A DNA stretch of 64,000 nucleotides from Marsupella aquatica (lineage: Eukaryota; Plantae; Marchantiophyta), in the NCBI GenBank assembly GCA_973895155.1, contig OZ316894.1, positions 7,650,234-7,714,233 on the forward strand, given 5' to 3'. The notes under the pieces were generated by a model. It was not told where the DNA came from. It saw nothing but the letters and a program-made list of their open reading frames with translations, and made no database searches. Shown piece by piece: positions 13,381 through 25,172 of this stretch. Made by a program: the position numbers and the translations under genes. Numbering within the stretch: position 1 is the first letter of the stretch; each line of letters opens with the position of its first letter.

Positions 13381-14904
13381 GTGTTTTTTTGCAATGCGTG
13401 ATATAATTTATGTCGATGGTCCTTCATTGAGCCGTCGAGATTTGTTACTTTTGACAAAGAGGTCAAAAGTAAGCGGAGTACGTCTGCATTCGGTGTTCTA
13501 CAGTAGAAAGCAATTGGAATACAGTAAAAAGCAATCGGAATAAAAAAAAAACAGGCAGAGTGGCCGCCCAGGCTGGATGCCGCTCCTGTTCGTCGATTAC
13601 AGATCTCGCGACCCCTACGTCGCGCCTCAGAATATCGAAAAGCAAAAGCTACAACGCTATATTCCAACTAAACAATTTATTACTCGCGGTCAACTCTCCT
13701 AATCCAAGTTGGTCGAAGGCTTAGATGAAACCGTCGTCGAGTTCTCTGTGACGTTACCCCTTGGATGACGTTTCGAGTATTTCTGATGGCTAGTCTAATA
13801 CCTGGTAGTTGTGACGGCGATTTGTCGGACATAAACGGCAGCAACGGGGACCGTGTGTCCAGGTAGATTCACAGTTTCCTACGACGCAAGGTGCCACTTG
13901 CTATCCGCTCTCCGACCACTTTACCTCCAGTTTGGCCATTGATCGGCCAAGATCGGATCTCGTAGGGCTGTATAAATTATTATTAGTATGATGAGGTACA
14001 GTAGGACATATTGACGTATTGACGGTGCCCCCCACAGGCGTCATCAGAAAAAATTCCGAACCAGTTGAGTTACATTGACACGATTTTTACCGTGCTGTAA
14101 AGCGACTCCTTTGAGCACCACATACGCGCTGACCTCAATATACAGTATTCTATAGTAATCTGGGCAATTTACTTATGTGCAATATTCATTTCTTTTTATA
14201 AATCACGAGATTCATATTAAATGGTGTAGTGTTGCGCATGCTCCATTTTTCCTTCTACAAATCACCGGATTCATATTAAATGGTGTTGTGTTGCGCATGC
14301 TCCATTGGTCTGTGACTGCCAGTAGCAGGTACTGTAGTTGCAGGTTTAGTGCCCCCAAAATCAAAATAAATACCTATAAAGAATTATCGTGGTCATCCTG
14401 CAGTCCATGGGCTAGTGGTAAAATGCGAGAGTGGGACTACTCAGGTGTCGAGTTCACTGGAGCTTATCAACAGACATTCCCCCCAAAAGTAGGGTTCCAA
14501 AACCTTTACTTACACTCAGTTCTTTTTTATATTCCAATAGAGTTTTAAAACTTAATCTCCCAAAAGTGGGGTTCAGAACTATTTTTGATTTGACAGGAAC
14601 CGGCTGTGGCAGTTTCCTGTTAGTAATCACTAAAATTAAAAAGAGCTACAGTACATTACTCTATTAAATGGTGAACACTTACTAGCAAAAGAGAGTCAAT
14701 ATTCATTTCACCACGTTCAGTCGACAGGAACTTAAGGTTGAGTTAGCCATTGGCAAAATAACGGGAGGGTGACAGGACGTGATTGTCCATGATTATGTCT
14801 CACAACCGGGGTTTTCTCGTCAAGCTGTATGAAAGACAGCGTGTCTTTCGGCCGACTGGATCGGACCTCTGAAGTCAGGTACAGTTATTACTCCTACAGC
14901 ACTG

Positions 14905-15072
14905 TACTGTAAAATCCGTTTAGCACGTCCAACGACGGTAACTGGATATCGCAGTCAGGGCATAAAAGTACTGTAGTTTATTCCCTCTAAAATCCGTCTA
15001 GGATGTCCAACGACGACGGTAACTGGATATCGCAGTCAGGACATAAAACTACCTGTAGTTTATTGTCTCTAA
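14905..15072. repeat. ~78-bp direct tandem duplication
   Basis: aaaatccgt..tag..gtccaacgacggtaactggatatcgcagtcagg.cataaaa present twice. Confidence 0.8.
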
Positions 15073-16768
15073 AGTGCACACTCTTGGGAAGAAAGATCCA
15101 ATGTACACTAACGAGGGGTTTACACTAAGCGATAAGTATAAATCCATAGAATTGTGCATTTTATAGATAAGAGTGTTAGTGAGCAGTCTCGTTCCTAGCA
15201 ATTCAAGTTGTGGGGTAAATCTCTGCCCTAAAATTCAGCACCCTACTCGGTAAGTGACTCGTTTCATCTACCGCGTGCATTTATGAATAAATGCAATCTG
15301 ATGAGGGAGTTCGCATTTACAAACTGGTCATTCAGCTATTTTTCCAGGCCTTTTTGCCCTTAAATAGATGCCCAAAAAAGTGCAAACTCGACGACAAAAA
15401 GGGAGGAACAAGAATCCTTGCAGTTAGCCCGACATTGCACTTATGGAGGTTTTGCTAAGATAGAGTCCCGAAGTCCCAACGAAAAGCTCTTCCGTTATAA
15501 AGATTACGGGACACCGATCCCGTTGTGCACGGCAGAACGGCCGTTGCGACGGCAGTCAACAGGTGCCGTCTGTTGGTTCCCGTCGGGTTGGGTGCCGCCC
15601 GCCCCTGCCTATCCATGAATGGGGAAAATAATAAATCCTGAGGAGAATGGTAACGGTTGTCTGCCACGTGTATGTCTATGACGCAGACATAGCGTGATAG
15701 CGCGGCGTGACTGCGGTTTGAAAGATTCTGGATGGAGGAGTAGTACCGTAGAGACGTAGAGTTGAAGAGCTGGAAGACGAAGCTCACTTTGTGGAGACGA
15801 CGAATAAAGCACCCGAGGAAGGAAGGCCCGGGCGAAGGAGGGGTGTGGGCTGGAGCCAGCCCCTTTCACTCTGTCTGCGCAGTGGTTTGCAGGTCGATGT
15901 GATGAAAGCTGCTGCACACTCGCCATCGTTCCGCTTTAATTAATTGGATTGCTTGCGTATCGGGTGTCTTCGAAGTCCGAAGTGACGAAGTCTGCAATAC
16001 TGCGTGGTGTGGAGAGGTAAGAGTCTCGGGGAAATGGCAAGAGTGAATCGCGATTACTGCTGTCCTAGGAGGAGAGTGATGCATTGCTGATTATGGCCAC
16101 GGGTATAGAATTGCTTGCTTCTTTATTAGGGGAGGCTTATTCGTTTGGAGTGGACTTGTTGCTTTCCAGGAACGCGGAAACGGAGTTGAATTTTGAGTTC
16201 GTGATTTGTAATCGATTTTGAAGGGGGCAAGCTACGTGATTGTGCTTCAGTTCGGTTGACGAAGAACCTGCTGGGTGGGGATGGATGAAAGAAGAGAGCA
16301 AGAAAACGAGGTTTAGTTTCTTGGTTTACTAAGAGGGATTTCGATTGTCCCCAGAGGGCGATCAGACGACGTGAAGACTGATGGCACACAGGGGCTTTTG
16401 TTGAAACGAACAGACGCGGCCAGTCCAGACCAGGCCAGGCAGCTAGACGGACACAGAGAGAGCCAGACAGCAGAAAAGACGGACAGACTGCACACCATCG
16501 GTTGACACTGCAGCGGTGAGCTCTGACACGGATGTTCGGACATGGAGCGGCGAGCAATGTTGGAGGGCGAGGCCAAAGCACGCTGTGGTGCACCAACAAG
16601 ACGAGAATAGTGTAGAACGAATTCCTTTTTATGTCTTCCCTCGATCGCATTCTCAGCGAGGGGCAGGGTGATAAGGAGATAGGACGAGGGAGACGATACA
16701 TTAGAGTGTTCACAGTTTAGGTAGAGGTTATGCAAGGAAGATAGGAAAGATTCAATAGGACGGGGAAG

Positions 16769-18898
16769 ATGACAGTCCAGGATGAAAAGGAGGAATCAGG
16801 GAGCAAGGACCGGCAGCCTAACCTGGGCAGCCAATCGACCAAAGGACTATTCGCAAGCCTCAGGGAGCAAGATGAGGATGTTGCAAGCACACCGGAAGGT
16901 GCGTCACCGCCGAGGACACCAGCGAGGGGCAGAGGGCTAGTCGGAGGAATGTTCTCTCCCAGATCGGCTTCGCCTGTCGCAACGGACCTGAACCCGCTGA
17001 GGACCAATCTCAACAAGTTCCTCACTCCGTCCAGGACTTTTTCTCGATTGAGAGAGGAGAAAGAGGAGCTGTCTAGATTGACTCCATCCCCTCCTTCACA
17101 TGGATTCACGGAGTCATTCAACTTGCCTTTGATCGGGGCAGTGAAGCCGAGGTATTTAGTAGGTCTGGGCAAGGAATGGCTTCGCAGCCCGAAGAATTGG
17201 GCCCTTCTGATCTGGGGTATTGCCGTAGGAATATCTGGAGCCATACTCTTCATGGTCATGGTTGGAATGCTTAATGCAGTTCTTCCCGATAAGAGTACCA
17301 GAAATACCTGGTTCGAAGTTAGTAACCAAATCATCAATGCTCTGTTCACGCTCATGGTTTTATACCTGCACCCCCAACGGTGCCTCCATCTCTACATGCT
17401 GTGGAGATGGAAGGCCTCAGACATAGTCAAGCTGAGGAACGTCTACTGCAAAAACGGGAGTAGGAAGCCGCACGAGTGGGGGCACATTATGGTGGTCGTG
17501 TTGTTGCTCCAGCTCAATTGCATAGCTCAGTATGCCCTCTGCGGCCTCAATTGGGGTTACAGGAGGGCGCAGAGGCCACCTATCGGGGTAGCAATTTGTC
17601 TCTGCCTATCTCTCGGTGGAGCAGCTTCGGCGGGGATTTACAACATCGTTTCTCCTCTCGGCAAAGACTTCGACGATCCTCGTGGTGATCCAGAGGATCC
17701 GGAGAAGGTGATTCTTGACAAGCGAGAGCACGAGTTCGCGCCGCGGACGAGAATTTACAGGATGCTGGAGAGGAGGGTGTCCTTCGCCTGTAGAGAGGAG
17801 GGTGCGGTTGTGGAGAATCCGGAGTGGAAAGGAAAGCTATTCGACATAACAAACGAGCCCCCTATTTCGATCCTCTCCTCTTTGTGTTGTGTCTGCGTCT
17901 TCGGATGGAATATGGAGCGCCTTGGTTTCGGCAATCGGTTCGTCCACATAATCACGTTCGCACTCATCTGCACTGCACCCTTCTGGATTTTTGACTTGGC
18001 TGCTCTGAATATAACGAACAGAGCGGTGAGGAATGCGATTGGGTACACCGGAATAGCTCTCTGTATATTCGGGCTATGTTACGGGGGTTACTGGAGAATT
18101 CGAATGCGGGACACGTTCAAGCTGCCTGGGAACAAATTCTGCTGCGGTAAGCCGGCTATTACAGATTGCTTCCAGTGGCTCTTCTTTCCTCTATGCTCGC
18201 TCTGCCAGGAAGTGCGCACTGCAGAGTCCTATGACATTAAAGATGATAGATTTTACTCCAGGAATCATTATCTTCCAACCTCTCCTCCTCAAGGAATTGC
18301 CTCTCCTCACACCCCGGGGGCCACTCTCCCCGCTGTCAAAGAAATGGGTGAGATGAATCTTGTAGATGTGGAGTTGAGGGGACACGACAGTCCGTACCGA
18401 GACTTCCAGCATCAGAAGAGTCCATTGGCTCCCCCAACGCCTGTAACTGCCACTCGGGGCACGAATGGCGTTCCTGGTGGCAGCCCATTAAGTGTGAGCC
18501 CTCTACGGTCTTCTCCTCCTTCTCCAAGAGCCAAGAATCCCTTTATCAATCCAGCAGCCGGAGCTTCACCGAGTAGGAATCCTTTTGTTCCTCTTCCCAG
18601 CGAAAGTCCTTCACGTACCTCCACCACTACCAATCCATTCCTTCAGCCCGAGTTGTACTCTACAGGAACTAGTCCTGTACGTTCGCCCTACAATCCTACC
18701 CCCCCTACCCAGGCAGAATTGACATCGCAAGCTAGCGAAGCTCTCATGCGGTCTCCTTTGCGGTCACCCCATCGTGTCAGCTCGCCAATTAATCCTTTCA
18801 GTGCTCCTGAGACATCATCCCCGGCTACCGAGTTACGTACTCCTCCTCTGCATCGCCCGAGCCCTTCGCGCAACCCATTTTATCCGCCGGAGATGTGA
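16769..18898 (+). CDS. DUF2985 / PLAC8 family multi-pass membrane protein with Pro/Ser-rich NPF-repeat C-terminus (709 aa, intronless)
   Basis: WLRSPKNWALLIW...WFEVSNQIINALFTLMVLYLHPQR...YCKNGSRKPHEWGH; PLAC8-type SLCCVCVFGWNMERLGFGN and DCFQWLFFPLCSLCQEVRT. Confidence 0.92.
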   Translation: MTVQDEKEESGSKDRQPNLGSQSTKGLFASLREQDEDVASTPEGASPPRTPARGRGLVGGMFSPRSASPVATDLNPLRTNLNKFLTPSRTFSRLREEKEELSRLTPSPPSHGFTESFNLPLIGAVKPRYLVGLGKEWLRSPKNWALLIWGIAVGISGAILFMVMVGMLNAVLPDKSTRNTWFEVSNQIINALFTLMVLYLHPQRCLHLYMLWRWKASDIVKLRNVYCKNGSRKPHEWGHIMVVVLLLQLNCIAQYALCGLNWGYRRAQRPPIGVAICLCLSLGGAASAGIYNIVSPLGKDFDDPRGDPEDPEKVILDKREHEFAPRTRIYRMLERRVSFACREEGAVVENPEWKGKLFDITNEPPISILSSLCCVCVFGWNMERLGFGNRFVHIITFALICTAPFWIFDLAALNITNRAVRNAIGYTGIALCIFGLCYGGYWRIRMRDTFKLPGNKFCCGKPAITDCFQWLFFPLCSLCQEVRTAESYDIKDDRFYSRNHYLPTSPPQGIASPHTPGATLPAVKEMGEMNLVDVELRGHDSPYRDFQHQKSPLAPPTPVTATRGTNGVPGGSPLSVSPLRSSPPSPRAKNPFINPAAGASPSRNPFVPLPSESPSRTSTTTNPFLQPELYSTGTSPVRSPYNPTPPTQAELTSQASEALMRSPLRSPHRVSSPINPFSAPETSSPATELRTPPLHRPSPSRNPFYPPEM

Positions 18899-20500
18899 AA
18901 TCTTGCTGCTACTGACCAGAATTCACCTTCCCGTCCTACGGCCCCTATGTCGGGATCCAGTAATCCTTTTCTTCAGCCAGGGCCGCTTCAGACTGGAGTC
19001 TATCCATTCGTCAAATGACGGCTCCTCCAAGGGCCGTGCATAAATCAATGTTGGGGAAAAGGATGGTGAATTCCGACTGTAATCCATATGGAGCCCTGAG
19101 ATCACCAACTCTAGTGAAGTCCGACGTTCAACGCTTCGTCGGGCAAAAGCAGGCAGGTTTCGAACTTGGGAACCTGGTAAATACATTTAACGAATGAAGG
19201 CTGCAGAAGATCGCTCGCTGATGCTTGAGAAGGATTCTGGTGAAGGGGAGTCAAGTTGGGACAGGTAGATCGATTGATGTCAGTGAACTAGCAACGGAGA
19301 GCAGGAATCAGAGCGCGGACAAAACCAGCTGAAGACGTAGCAGCATTCACCGTACCATTACAAGCTCTCGAATTTCGATTTTTTCGACTACAGAGATTGA
19401 GCTCATAGGTTTTTCAGGTACAGTAGCTACTCATCTCGAGAGGGACGGGAGTCAACTGTAAACCGCCGAACTGAGTGTCGTAAATTTCTGGTACAATCAC
19501 GACATATTTTTGACATTTCATTTTCGCCATTTGCCCAAGAAGCTCAGAGTGCACAATCTTGCAGGAATTCTTCTGTGCAAGGCATCGTAAGATCGCGCGG
19601 ATTGACTTTCTTACTCCTGCCGAAGATCCTGTCATAATAGATCCTTCGATTGAAAGCCCAACTCTCGTTGGATCACTGTGTAGCTGAAATTCAGCAGGAG
19701 ATACTACAGTGGGAGCACCAGTGCAATGAGATGGACCTTTCTCTTCAATGCTATAAATTTTCTGTCGAATATCCGAGGGCCGCAGTTAAGTGTATTCTAT
19801 TTAGTCTAAGAATTTACATGTAAAGAAGCTTACGTCTTACTTTCTAAGAAATTATCTGTCCTCTTGTTCTTCACGAGTGAGTTGAAATTGTTATTTACGT
19901 TGAGCACATCAGTCAAACTCGAACGTATCTGATGTCGGTTGTTTTCCTTTGCACAAGATTTTACTGTTGTCTTCAGACATCCTTGTTACCTGTTACTGCT
20001 AGTTCTGACCTAGCTGGGTCCGATGTACTTGTATTATGATCACTCCATAAGTGCAATCATATCTCATGCCGATCGTTGGGAACTATCTCTGTTCCAGACT
20101 AGGTAGTGTATGGAAGAGGCATTTATAACTCCGGGAGACTTTAGAGTTTCGAACTGCTGAGGTAGAGGATATTTTACTCGCTGTTGATCTTTGGACCAGT
20201 TAAACAATCCTTGGTTGTGCTCTCAACCATAACACTGCTACGTCAATGCGAAGATTATGTTATCTCGCCGTAGCTTTCTCGATCGTGTCAAGAACTGCCG
20301 ATTGTGTGTCTAGACCGTTTGACGTTCGTGTGTGTACATGCATCGAGACCGAACCGGCCAGTTTTAAACGACAAACATCGACGCAATTGTCGTGAATCGT
20401 TTTCTATCAAGACCTCTACTCGCCAATTGCTTGGTTAGTCGAGCTCGTGGGTTGCTCTAGAACTCGCAGTGTCCAGTTTATGTGCCTAAGAGGGCCGAGC

Positions 20501-20940
20501 TCCACTTATTCTCTCTTCTAAACATCCTTTCTTAACGGATGCCAGATGTTTTGAATAACATAGCCCAGCATATCCGGCATAGCGTTGAACTGTTTCAATA
20601 CACGACATTCTTTCTGGCTGTGAAATTTGCAAATATTCTGAACAGTGTTGACCAAGTTATGTGGACAGAATGGGAGTGGACCTTTCCAAGGTGTCATGCT
20701 TATAAACCTTACGTGGACAGGAGTGTCCAGATATGTGTCCACTTATTCTCTCTTGTAAACATCTTTTCTTGACAGATGCCAGATGTTTTGAGTAAGGCAG
20801 TCTAGCATATCCTGCACACCGTTGGACTGTTTCAATGATCCTTTCTGGCCGTGAAATTTGCAAATACTCTGAACTGTTGCGCCCTAGTGATGTGGACAGA
20901 GTGGGAGAGGACCTTTAAAGGTGTCATGCTTATGAACCTA
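20501..20940. repeat. ~238-bp diverged direct duplication
   Basis: tccacttattctctctt.taaacatc.tttctt.ac.gatgccagatgttttga ... gtgaaatttgcaaata.tctgaac ... ggtgtcatgcttat.aacct at ~20501 and ~20738. Confidence 0.85.
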
Positions 20941-21096
20941 ACCTACGCAACTTTCCATTCCAGGGTTACTACTGCAGGAAGGATATTGTCATTTGGTACA
21001 AAGCTAGAGACGGCCTTGGAAATTGCCATCGTCAGATACCCTATCAGAGCATTAAAGGTCTTTCGCTTGTGAGGATTCTGTCCAATACTCCTAGGT

Positions 21097-21174
21097 CTGC
21101 TTCATTGTTGTTCTGCTCGGATATGGATCAACGAACTGCTTCATTGTTGTTCTGCTCGGATATGGATCAACGAA
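21097..21174. repeat. Perfect 39-bp tandem duplication
   Basis: ctgcttcattgttgttctgctcggatatggatcaacgaa x2. Confidence 0.9.
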
Positions 21175-21305
21175 GTTCTGTTTTGCAACCTGCCACTATA
21201 AAAGCCTCATTCCATGTCTCACTATTCACCATGAAAGGTGGAACACTAGCACTTTTGGTGGAGTACTTACCAAAAAAAGTTTTGCAATCAGCACCTTTTG
21301 TGAAG

Positions 21306-21478
21306 CTCAAAGTACATTTCTGAACTTCTACTCCTTAGAATGAGAACTACGGGTTACCCGTAGCCCTTTATAGGGGCAGGTGTGGAGTATGGAACTCAAA
21401 ACACATTTCTGAACTTCTACTCCTTAGAATGAGAGTTACGGGTTACCTGTAGCCCTTTATAGGGGCAGGTGTGGAGTC
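21306..21478. repeat. ~89-bp tandem duplication containing the palindrome ctacgggttacccgtag
   Basis: acatttctgaacttctactccttagaatgaga..tacgggttacc.gtagccctttataggggcaggtgtggagt x2. Confidence 0.88.
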
Positions 21479-22943
21479 TGGACGTCCCATGACCTGTTCT
21501 GCTGGTGATTGTTTTTCGTTTGCTTGTATCAAATAAATATGAAGTGGACCTTGCCTCGGCTAAATTGGCAATAGCAAGCTAGTGTCACAAAATTTCTCAC
21601 CGCCTTGGCTGTTTCCATGGCCAGTGCATATGCTCTTAACAGGCACAGTAGTAGTACTGTCTGTAGGTTTGTAGAGGTCCTCTATTGTGGTTTTGATGTA
21701 CTGCTATCCTACGTTCGATTACTGCTATGCATTAGTGTGGTGGAACTCACAAGAGAACAAATTTATGGTCGATCATTAGGGAAACCTTGGATTAGCTTGA
21801 AATTTTGACTTGAGTTTCTCTAAGCAAGAATCTGTGTTTGCTGCAATTGGGTTTGTTTTGGGGAAAGCAAAGGGACACCGAACCCCAACATTCACGGCAA
21901 GCGGCAAAGATTGGTGCAACTTGTTGCAACTTCCTCTCGAGATGAAGTGGCTGAACAACAATGGCACACATATAGAGCTGTAGGAGGGGTATTTTTGTAA
22001 GTAGGTGAAGTTTGAGGATCCTTTCATAATTCTGACACTTGAACTTTTTGTAAAGTTTATGAGCCTTTTGGTCCAAGTTTTCTGAAATTATGGAAATATT
22101 TTACCTAACTGACTGTAAATGCACATCGGCAGTGCATTTTGCACCCTGGGTGCCTGGGTGACAGTCCAAAAGCTGCATAAGACAAATTTTAAATCCAACA
22201 AAAGTACTAACGTTTTTGCTCACCGGAATTAAACTGCTGCACTACTCATCCATTTGAACAAGAAATTCATTTCTTAGTGTTATTTTTTATTAATCTATAG
22301 GAGATTAACAAGGGACTTACTTTTATATTATTTTGAAATGTGTAGTCACACTCTTATTAGTTGTCTTTGAGACTATTTAAACATGATGATATTTGTAATC
22401 ACACCCTTATTAGTGTATGTGAGACTATTTAAGCATGATGATACTAATTACCTGTAGAGTATGCTTCACTCTGTAGAGTATACTTTTGAGTTTTGATCTC
22501 GTTTGGTTGATTAGATATGGAGGATTTGCTTGATCAGACCCCAGAAATGAAATGTTTTATTTGGCAGGACCCTGAGTGATCCAGACCATTGATTGACATT
22601 GAATCAATGTACACAAAATTTCAGGGTCCTGTGAAGTAATTTGTTTTGGGGTATGATCAAGCAAATCCTTCGTTAGATATGCACCCGCGTGACTTGTGTG
22701 GGCTGACAGTATGTAAATGTCCTCCCGCGTGACATGGACTGTTAGACTGTCAGCCATCCCCGCGTCCTACCCCCGCTGTTACAACGACACGCGTGTCTTG
22801 CGTCGACTGCGGAGAGACTAAAGCCATCGCCAAATGCTGCCCCGCCGTTTCTCGCCACGATAGAGCAGAGCAGCGAGGAGAGAACAGAAGCGCGGTGAGC
22901 AGAAATCGATTCGATTCGATCGACGAAAGCTCGAGGAGAAACT

Positions 22944-23156
22944 ATGAAGAAAGGTTTCCACCCGGCTTTACAGTGGATCAGCATCATCACTCCCCACGGA
23001 CGTCTGGTGAGAGTTCTGGCAGGCAAGGCCTTCAAGTTGGACCGCCCCTACTTCGTTCGAGACCCCGGTAAAGAGTCCGAGACCGTGGGCCAGGTTGCCA
23101 AGTTCCGTCGCCGCTTCGACGTTCCGTCTCCGAAAGAGGCCGGCGACAAGAATTAG
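22944..23156 (+). CDS. Mitochondrial-type ribosomal protein L31 (bL31m-like), 70 aa, single exon
   Basis: MKKGFHPALQWISIITPHGRL...VGQVAKFRRRF matches the bL31 pattern MKKGIHP...G(Q/R)(V/I)xKFxRRF, in the short plant-mitochondrial form. Confidence 0.85.
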   Translation: MKKGFHPALQWISIITPHGRLVRVLAGKAFKLDRPYFVRDPGKESETVGQVAKFRRRFDVPSPKEAGDKN

Positions 23157-24112
23157 GAAGCAGAATCGATTCAGACCGAGCCGTTCAAGGTGCAGTAACT
23201 CCTAGGGTCCTTGACATTGTGTTGGTTTGATTTCTGGTTTTGAGTAAAAAAGGTTTTAGGTTTTGTAAAACTTTTAATCGGCCGCGCGCTACTTTCTGTC
23301 CGCTTAACCCAACGGAAGGCTGTAGAAGGACTTGGTGAGTGATTCGAATGAGTTCGCTATTGGGTTTTGTTCGAATCTCGATTTCTCCTTAGAAAAGACT
23401 TGCCCTTGGACTCCAGTATAGGGTCTGTCTGTTACTTCTTCGAAAACATCAAGTCGGCATATCATTCTATTGCCTTCTATGCTCGACGGTCAAGACCGTG
23501 GATTGGACAGTGGGCACAGAAGGCGAGGATGTTGACCTCTGTGAAAATATTACCGGCCGGGAGTTAGTCACGATTGAATCTATCCTCCCAGATTTTATTG
23601 AATTGACTTGTCCTTGGCGTCCTACGAATCCAGGGATAAATAATGTTCAGAGCCGTTACTTAGATGGCCTACACCGAAGACGATTGTGGAAATTGGGATT
23701 ATGGAGAGGACTCACAGGATGTGTGAAGCATAAGAGCAGTAGAGGGTAACGAGTTGTTAGAACTTGATGTGAGAGATTAATTTCAATTAAGGGAGTGATT
23801 GGACTGATTTTAGGTATAAGCTAGTTTGACTGCATCCTTTAATGATGCGTTAGATTGTCGCATGCAGTTTTCAGAATTGGCATGTGCATCTGGTTTCCAA
23901 TCCCAGTGATTTGCATGTAATCAAGGTCGTCAGCTTCAAGTGTTCCTCTAGTCTATTGCCGTCTATTCTGTCCCTCTCCAGTTCGCCTTTAAGCAACTTT
24001 TCTTCCTCAAGGTTTTTGTGCGACCTTTGATCACAAGATTGCGTTACGTCTAATGGAGAGGTAGTCGGTGGTCTCTCTGCAGTAGCAAACCCTTCTTTTG
24101 TTGCAATTCACC

Positions 24113-24719
24113 ATGGCACTCAACAACAACTTCGGATTATTCAACGTCCTTCCGCCATCGCTAGACGACGCAGGCCTTGAGGACCCGGCGCTCCCCGCTC
24201 ATGCTATTCAGGTGAGGAGTCTCTTACCTACCACCTGGTTATTTTGAGCTCCTTGACGCGGGAAACCTACCAATGCATTGCCTTAGAAGCTAATGTTACC
24301 ATGGTTCGTTATTTCAGGAGGCTTTCAAACGTGCTGCAGATGTGCTGCAGACCGCTCCATGGCATGTGCAGACAACAGCAGTAAGCTATCTTGGAGGTGT
24401 TCGGACTGACGAAGAGGAGCGCCCTAAGTGTCCGGGCCGAGTTGAGGATTCCTATTTCGCAAAGCGGAATGGATCAGCAGCGTTAGGAGAGCAGGAGAGC
24501 TGTGTCGATACCAAGGCTGGAGGACTAGTGGAGGAAGGGCACGATCTACATGTCGGGCCAGATGTTGGCCTTTACGAGAGTGATAAAGTGGAGTTTGGGA
24601 AGGAGGGAGGGCCGAAGTTGGGCGACAAGGGTTGCGTTGAAGGACTAGCTGGTGACAGAGGAGAAGACAAGGACATAGCAGATGAGGTGGAGGATGGTCC
24701 GATTCTCGTTCTAGCTTGA
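24113..24719 (+). CDS. Conserved plant protein of unknown function, 166 aa. Exons 24113-24211, 24318-24719
   Basis: Spliced product MALNNNFGLFNVLPPSLDDAGLEDPALPAHAIQEAFKRAA...; the LPPxLxDAGLEDxALP..IxEAFxxAA motif is one I recall from an uncharacterised land-plant family; strong start context accATGG; phase-0 intron. Confidence 0.78.
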
Positions 24720-24941
24720 GTTTCAAAGAGCAGTTCGGAATGAAGCTTAGTTTTGTAGTTTACTTCGGAAGTGTACATACCTCTCAACTGGAAGCAGAAC
24801 ATGGCAAATAAATCCGTAGTTATTGTGATCTAGTAGTCGCTCTAGATGGGATGCTCTTGACTAATGGTGTAGATGCTCTCATTGTCGATTTTACCGGAGA
24901 CACATAAACCAACTAATTTGGATCCTCAAGAAGCTCTTCAT

Positions 24942-25172
24942 TGAATGTTTCCACGGATGGTCCGCTCTTTCTCGAGAGCCCGTAATCAAAAGACCATAAG
25001 TTCAGGCTACTTTCAGCTCTTTGTCGAGAGATGGGAAAAAACCATAAGTTCAGGCTATTTTCAGCTCTTTGTCGAGAGATCGTAAGGAAAGAAACCATAA
25101 GTTCAGGCTATTGTCAGCTTTTTGTCGAGAGCTAGTAAGGAAAAAACCATAAGTTGAGGTTATTGTCAGCTC
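24942..25172 (+). repeat. Left long inverted repeat with four ~45-57-bp subrepeats (accataagttcaggctattttcagctctttgtcgagag)
   Basis: Direct reading; pairs with 36089-36320. Confidence 0.9.

Noticed and set aside
16126-17355. Long minus-strand ORFs (195, 140 and 212 aa)
   Set aside because: Antisense shadows of the PLAC8 gene and its purine-rich 5' UTR
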